From contig JAADGS010000027.1 of the NCBI GenBank assembly GCA_013152275.1, positions 124,001 through 188,000 on the forward strand: 64,000 bases of DNA, written 5' to 3'. Source of the DNA: Actinomycetota bacterium. GTDB lineage: Bacteria > Actinomycetota > Acidimicrobiia > Spongiisociales > UBA4744. Shown one piece after another: positions 60,097 through 64,000 of this stretch (position 1 is its first letter; the number at the start of each line of letters is the position of its first letter). The position numbers and the translations under genes were made by a program. The notes beneath the pieces are model-generated. The model was not told where the DNA came from. It saw nothing but the letters and a program-made list of their open reading frames with translations, and searched no databases.

Positions 60097-60276
60097 CTCG
60101 CACTCCTCTTGTATTGCGCGGCCGCCGACCCAGCGACGGCCATCCATTCGTTTCACTCTATCCGGTGAGGAGCCTCGTGGCTCTCCTTGATTCCTCGCTC
60201 GAACTCACCTCCTTGTGCCGACCCACCCATCTCCTTGTCGGAGTGGCCGCGTTGAGTCGGTGTTCAAGTCGTCATC

Positions 60277-60308
60277 TTTCTACACCTTCCATCCGCCTGG
60301 AATGTCAA
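60277..60308 (-). promoter_or_regulatory. MerR-type promoter/operator P2 (YHS-nuo-like operon)
   Basis: Minus strand TTGACA-TTCCAGGCGGATGGAAGGTG-TAGAAA. Confidence 0.75.
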
Positions 60309-60442
60309 GCGGACCGTGGGGAATCGTGATTTCGGACTCGGCCCGCATCGATGTGTGGAGCGTGCCTGTGCTCTTTGACCTTGGTTGGCTCCATGGGTTC
60401 CGCGTGCGGGGGTGAAGTTCGCACCTGACCTGTATTAGGCAC

Positions 60443-60474
60443 TTGACATTCCAGTTGCCTGGAAGGTGTAACTT
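60443..60474 (+). promoter_or_regulatory. MerR-type promoter/operator P3 (ABC operon)
   Basis: TTGACA-TTCCAGTTGCCTGGAAGGTG-TAACTT. Confidence 0.8.
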
Positions 60475-60497
60475 GCGAATATCGAGAGGAGGACCGA

Positions 60498-61190
60498 ATG
60501 AGTGACGACCCGAATGTGACGCTGGTGACGTCAGGCGGACCGGTCGATCGGCTGGTGGGCGCCCCGGTCGTACTCGAGGCGCGCTCGGTGATGAAGAGCT
60601 ATGTCAGGGGATGGCGGAGGAGGCCGCTCAGGGTCCTTCGGGGCGCCGATCTGGAACTCCATGCGGGAGAGATCGTGGGTCTCGTGGGAGAGAACGGCTC
60701 CGGCAAGTCCACCTTCATGAAGATTCTCGTAGGCGCGCTCGATCGTGATGGCGGTGAACTCGTCCGAACGGGAACCTTTGGGTACTGCCCGCAAGAGCCT
60801 GTCTTGTATGAGCGACTCACCTGTGACGAGCATTTCGAGTTGTTCGGACACGCCTACGATCTCGATCCCGGAGTCAGCGATCGAAATCGTGACGAGATCT
60901 ACGAACGGTTCGGATTCGAAGCGTACCGGGACGTTCTCGTGGAGGAGTTGTCCGGTGGCACCCGCGCCAAGCTGAATCTCGGCGTCGCGCTCCTGGCGGA
61001 TCCGCAGATACTGTTGCTTGACGAGCCCTATGCGGGGTTCGACTGGGATACGTACCTGCGTTTCTGGGAGTTGACGGCGGAGCGGCGTGATGCCGGCCGT
61101 TCCGTGCTCATTATCAGTCATTTCGTCGCCGACGAGGGGCGATTCGACCGTATCGTGGAGCTGCGGGACGGTCGTGCGGTCGAGCGATGA
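60498..61190 (+). CDS. ABC transporter ATP-binding protein
   Basis: GENGSGKST, LSGGTRAK, LLLDEPY. Confidence 0.92.
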   Translation: MSDDPNVTLVTSGGPVDRLVGAPVVLEARSVMKSYVRGWRRRPLRVLRGADLELHAGEIVGLVGENGSGKSTFMKILVGALDRDGGELVRTGTFGYCPQEPVLYERLTCDEHFELFGHAYDLDPGVSDRNRDEIYERFGFEAYRDVLVEELSGGTRAKLNLGVALLADPQILLLDEPYAGFDWDTYLRFWELTAERRDAGRSVLIISHFVADEGRFDRIVELRDGRAVER

Positions 61191-62686
61191 AGGCGACACT
61201 GCTTACCCGCCGGTATCTGCTCGAGTATGCGCGCAGACCGTTGAATCTCGTCCTGCTGCTTCTTGTTCCTCTCGTGTTCGTCGTGCTGGTCTCGGGTGCG
61301 CTCGGCGATTTCGCCAAGGTGATTGGTGGGGTTGGCGATCCTGGCCTGTTGGCAGCTCCGAGTGCCGGATGGGCGGCCGGGTTCCTTGCCGGCGTCGCCG
61401 GTTTCTTTCATGTGCTCGGCTCTCGAAATGCCGACCGGCGGCTGGCTTCGGCGGGGTTCGGTCCTCGCCGTATCGTGACCGCTCGTCTCATCTCTGGTGT
61501 GATTCTGGCGCTCCTGGCTGCCGCATCGGCGCTCGTGGCGCTAGCGGCGCGTACCGGTCTGGCGGATCCGGTGCGAGCGATCGCGGGTTCGGTCATGTTC
61601 GCCGTCATCTACCTTGCCATCGGTGTGGCGGTCGGCTCGGTGATTCGCAACGAGGTCAACGGGTCGTTGGTCGTGATCTTCGTTTGGATGCTCGACGTGT
61701 TCCTCGGTCCGGCCATGGCCGGCGGCGACGTGTGGGTCACCCGTCTGTTCCCCACGCATTTCGTGACGTTGCTCATGCTCGACGCCCCATCCGGGCATGC
61801 GGGGTCGATCGGCGATGTGGGCTGGGCGTTGCTGTGGACTGTCGGCGCTCTGTTGCTGGCGGCCGTGTTGCTTGCATCCGCGACGAAGACACATCCTTTA
61901 CACTGGTACCGTGGCGCACGTTGGGCGTCGGTCCGTCGGGCCTGGGAGGGTCTGCGCTACGGGATGCGCGAGTACCGACGCAACATCGCCATGTGGGTGC
62001 TGCTGGCGGTGCTGCCGGTCTTCTTCATCTCTCTCAGTTTCGTCATCACTCCCGATCAGCCTGCTCCTGTGGAGTTGTCCGAGGGAGGCGTGACCACGGC
62101 CCGGTTGATCTCCATGACGGACCTCCACGGCGCGATCATGGTCCCGATCACCATCGCATTCTTGGCAGGGTTGGCCGGGCTGTTCGTGATACAGGCGTCT
62201 TCGGAGGCTGATCGCCGGCTGGTGATCGCCGGGTTCCGAACCCGCGAGATCTTGGTGGCGCGGCTCGGAGTCATCGGTCTCGCCGGTCTGATCGCGACCG
62301 GGGTGTCCCTGGCGATCACGGCGATCGACTTCACACCAGGCTCCTGGATGGGGTTTACCGTCGGTAACGTGCTGGTAGCGGTGACGTACGGGCTGGTGGG
62401 GGTGTTGATCGGTTCACTGTTTGGGCGACTTGGAGGTCTCTATCTGATGTTCCTCCTGCCCTTCATCGATGTTGGCCTCGCACAGAACGTCATGTTCTCC
62501 GCCGTTCCTCCTGCCTGGGGTGCGTTCCTGCCGGCACGGGGCGCGATGCGCGTGCTCGTCAACGCGGCATTTACGCCGAGCTTCGACCAGATCGGCAATC
62601 TGCTGCTCGCTCTCGGCTGGGTGGTAGCCCTCGGATTGGTGGCTGCCCTGGTGTTGCGCCGCACGGCCGGGGTCCAGAGCACCTGA
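61187..62686 (+). CDS. ABC-2 permease with two tandem permease halves
   Basis: Internal duplication: LEYARRP/REYRRN and ADRRLASAGF/ADRRLVIAGF. Confidence 0.85.
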   Translation: MKATLLTRRYLLEYARRPLNLVLLLLVPLVFVVLVSGALGDFAKVIGGVGDPGLLAAPSAGWAAGFLAGVAGFFHVLGSRNADRRLASAGFGPRRIVTARLISGVILALLAAASALVALAARTGLADPVRAIAGSVMFAVIYLAIGVAVGSVIRNEVNGSLVVIFVWMLDVFLGPAMAGGDVWVTRLFPTHFVTLLMLDAPSGHAGSIGDVGWALLWTVGALLLAAVLLASATKTHPLHWYRGARWASVRRAWEGLRYGMREYRRNIAMWVLLAVLPVFFISLSFVITPDQPAPVELSEGGVTTARLISMTDLHGAIMVPITIAFLAGLAGLFVIQASSEADRRLVIAGFRTREILVARLGVIGLAGLIATGVSLAITAIDFTPGSWMGFTVGNVLVAVTYGLVGVLIGSLFGRLGGLYLMFLLPFIDVGLAQNVMFSAVPPAWGAFLPARGAMRVLVNAAFTPSFDQIGNLLLALGWVVALGLVAALVLRRTAGVQST

Positions 62687-62742
62687 CCGGCTCCAAAGGC
62701 TGGATGAGCGATCCGCGAGGAACGCAGGGCCATATCCGACGG

Positions 62743-62913
62743 TTACGCATTCCGGGCCGTCGGACAAGAGGGAAGCTTCGCGAGCACACTGCCACACGAC
62801 CGCACCGGGAAGAACGCCGAGGTGGATGGGTGAACGTGGAGGGACAAGTGTCGAGAGAAGGTGTGGTTGTCGCGCTTGCTACGGCCGATACCCTCAGACC
62901 CGCCGACTGTCAT
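62743..62913 (-). pseudogene. Possible truncated cytochrome b N-terminal remnant
   Basis: Directly after the Rieske gene, a 56-aa frame contains FSRHLSLHVHP, similar to the F.N.FLH.HP start of some Rieske-associated cytochromes b. Confidence 0.3.
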
Positions 62914-62944
62914 GAGTCCGCTCGCTTTCGGACTTCACGATTCC

Positions 62945-63448
62945 TCAAGCATTCTCCGTCCCCTCGCATTTCGGGCCTCGCAGTGGTTCATCGATCGTCT
63001 CTGGGCCATGAGGAGGCCCCGTGATCACGGACGCGGTGTCCACCACGACGGCCCCGTCGACGATCTCGACCGCGAAGCGATCCAGGCCTCGTGGGGCGGG
63101 GCCTTCTCGCCACTCTCCGACCCGGTTGAACTTCGAGCCATGACACGGGCATTCGAACTCACCCGAAGAATCACACCACGGCACCCTGCATCCAAGGTGC
63201 GGGCACTTCCACCAGAGTGCCACGGTCTCACCTTTGTCGGTGGTGAGGTATCCGCGCATGGCGTTCACTTCGGTGACGTTGTCCGTCGGCACGCCGTTGG
63301 CCGGCCCCGCATTCACTATCTCGCCGAACCCGCCGGTTTTCGACGGCTTGAAGATGTCCCAGGTCGTCCAGATGCCCGCAACACTCACCAGCCCGAATCC
63401 CCACTTCCAGGCCCTCGTCAGCAGCTCTCTCCGGTTGATCTTGCTCAT
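62945..63448 (-). CDS. Rieske 2Fe-2S protein (QcrA/PetC-like) with Tat signal
   Basis: NRRELL, CPHLGC, CPCHGS, GPAPRGLDRF. Confidence 0.93.
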   Translation of the reverse strand: MSKINRRELLTRAWKWGFGLVSVAGIWTTWDIFKPSKTGGFGEIVNAGPANGVPTDNVTEVNAMRGYLTTDKGETVALWWKCPHLGCRVPWCDSSGEFECPCHGSKFNRVGEWREGPAPRGLDRFAVEIVDGAVVVDTASVITGPPHGPETIDEPLRGPKCEGTENA

Positions 63449-63707
63449 GATATTTCGTCCTGGTCTCTCCGCCGAGGAGAACCGGCGGTTCCGGGCCGGT
63501 GGTCGACAAATCGTAATGGCGTTCTTTTGCCTGCGCGGCTTCCTCCGCCATGACTGGAGACCGTGCGGTTGCCGGTTGGTCGTTCGATCTGCCCAATGGG
63601 GAGCCGGTCTCGGCGACCGGCTCGTGCACCATCTCCTCGCCTGTTCTTCCGGTTTCTTATCCGTCGGACTTGCTCGTCACCATATCGGTGAGCGGTCCTT
63701 ACCGTCT

Positions 63708-63739
63708 TTTGTACACCCTCTACCCGAGGGGAATGTCAA
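63708..63739 (-). promoter_or_regulatory. MerR-type promoter/operator P4 (Rieske unit)
   Basis: Minus strand TTGACA-TTCCCCTCGGGTAGAGGGTG-TACAAA. Confidence 0.6.
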
Positions 63740-64000
63740 GGGGTAGAGGGTTCTGATCGGTCGCCTACGTCGAGCGATCGGCGTAGGCGACAGGCGGGGA
63801 GGCGGTCTCGTCAAGCGACCGGAGCTTGTTTCCGGTCGTGTCCAAACACCGTCGCCGGGCCTCGATCGACGTCCGCCGACCTGGGCCATGCCGGTCGTTC
63901 GAGTGACCCTCGACGTTGGTTACTTCCCGTGGGAGTGAGGGGTCGGCCGCTTGTGGACATGCCGGGCGGCCGCAGCACCTCTGACCGACTCGTGATGAAT

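Noticed and set aside
63228..63632. 134-aa ORF overlapping the Rieske gene
   Set aside because: It overlaps the Rieske gene by about 220 nt in another frame and has no recognisable domain, despite a GAGGAG near its start.
1..64000. CRISPR array, tRNA/rRNA, IS elements, prophage genes
   Set aside because: No spaced repeat array, structural RNA signature or transposase/integrase motif was seen by eye; a covariance-model scan was not possible.

Overview
High-GC window from a likely actinobacterial genome (inferred from gene content, MprAB-like two-component system and many leaderless starts). No rRNA, tRNA, CRISPR or transposase was seen. 1-22.5 kb holds housekeeping and envelope genes: a partial ECF sigma factor, tag, an S10 peptidase, an acyl-CoA dehydrogenase, three ABC systems, a CDF transporter, MprAB and HtrA. 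Three phased TTCTCA operator arrays occur here, and one appears to drive a ~65-nt sRNA. 22.7-28.7 kb is a sulfur-respiration-like operon: octaheme tetrathionate-reductase-family cytochrome, a heptaheme/cytochrome b fusion, and two YeeE proteins, one ending in a SoxY-like GGCG tail. 28.8-31.2 kb holds udk, proC and a proline dehydrogenase. 31.3-41.5 kb is a TtrBCA/SrdBCA-type molybdoenzyme with a PhnD-like binding protein, histidine kinase, NarL-type regulator and mobB. 41.5-64 kb looks like a metal/metalloid island (arsR-acr3, NiCoT, SHOCT, DUF302, Lgt-like, YHS). It carries four related MerR-type promoters with 20-bp spacers. One of them drives the top candidate for an undescribed system: a complex-I-derived operon (YHS-A-[B/D fusion]-H-J-K-L-M-N). 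That operon has lost all Fe-S and quinone-site residues, kept its proton-channel residues, and has Met-rich small membrane subunits, suggesting a repurposed metal-linked ion transporter. All product calls come from motif recognition by eye, not database searches.
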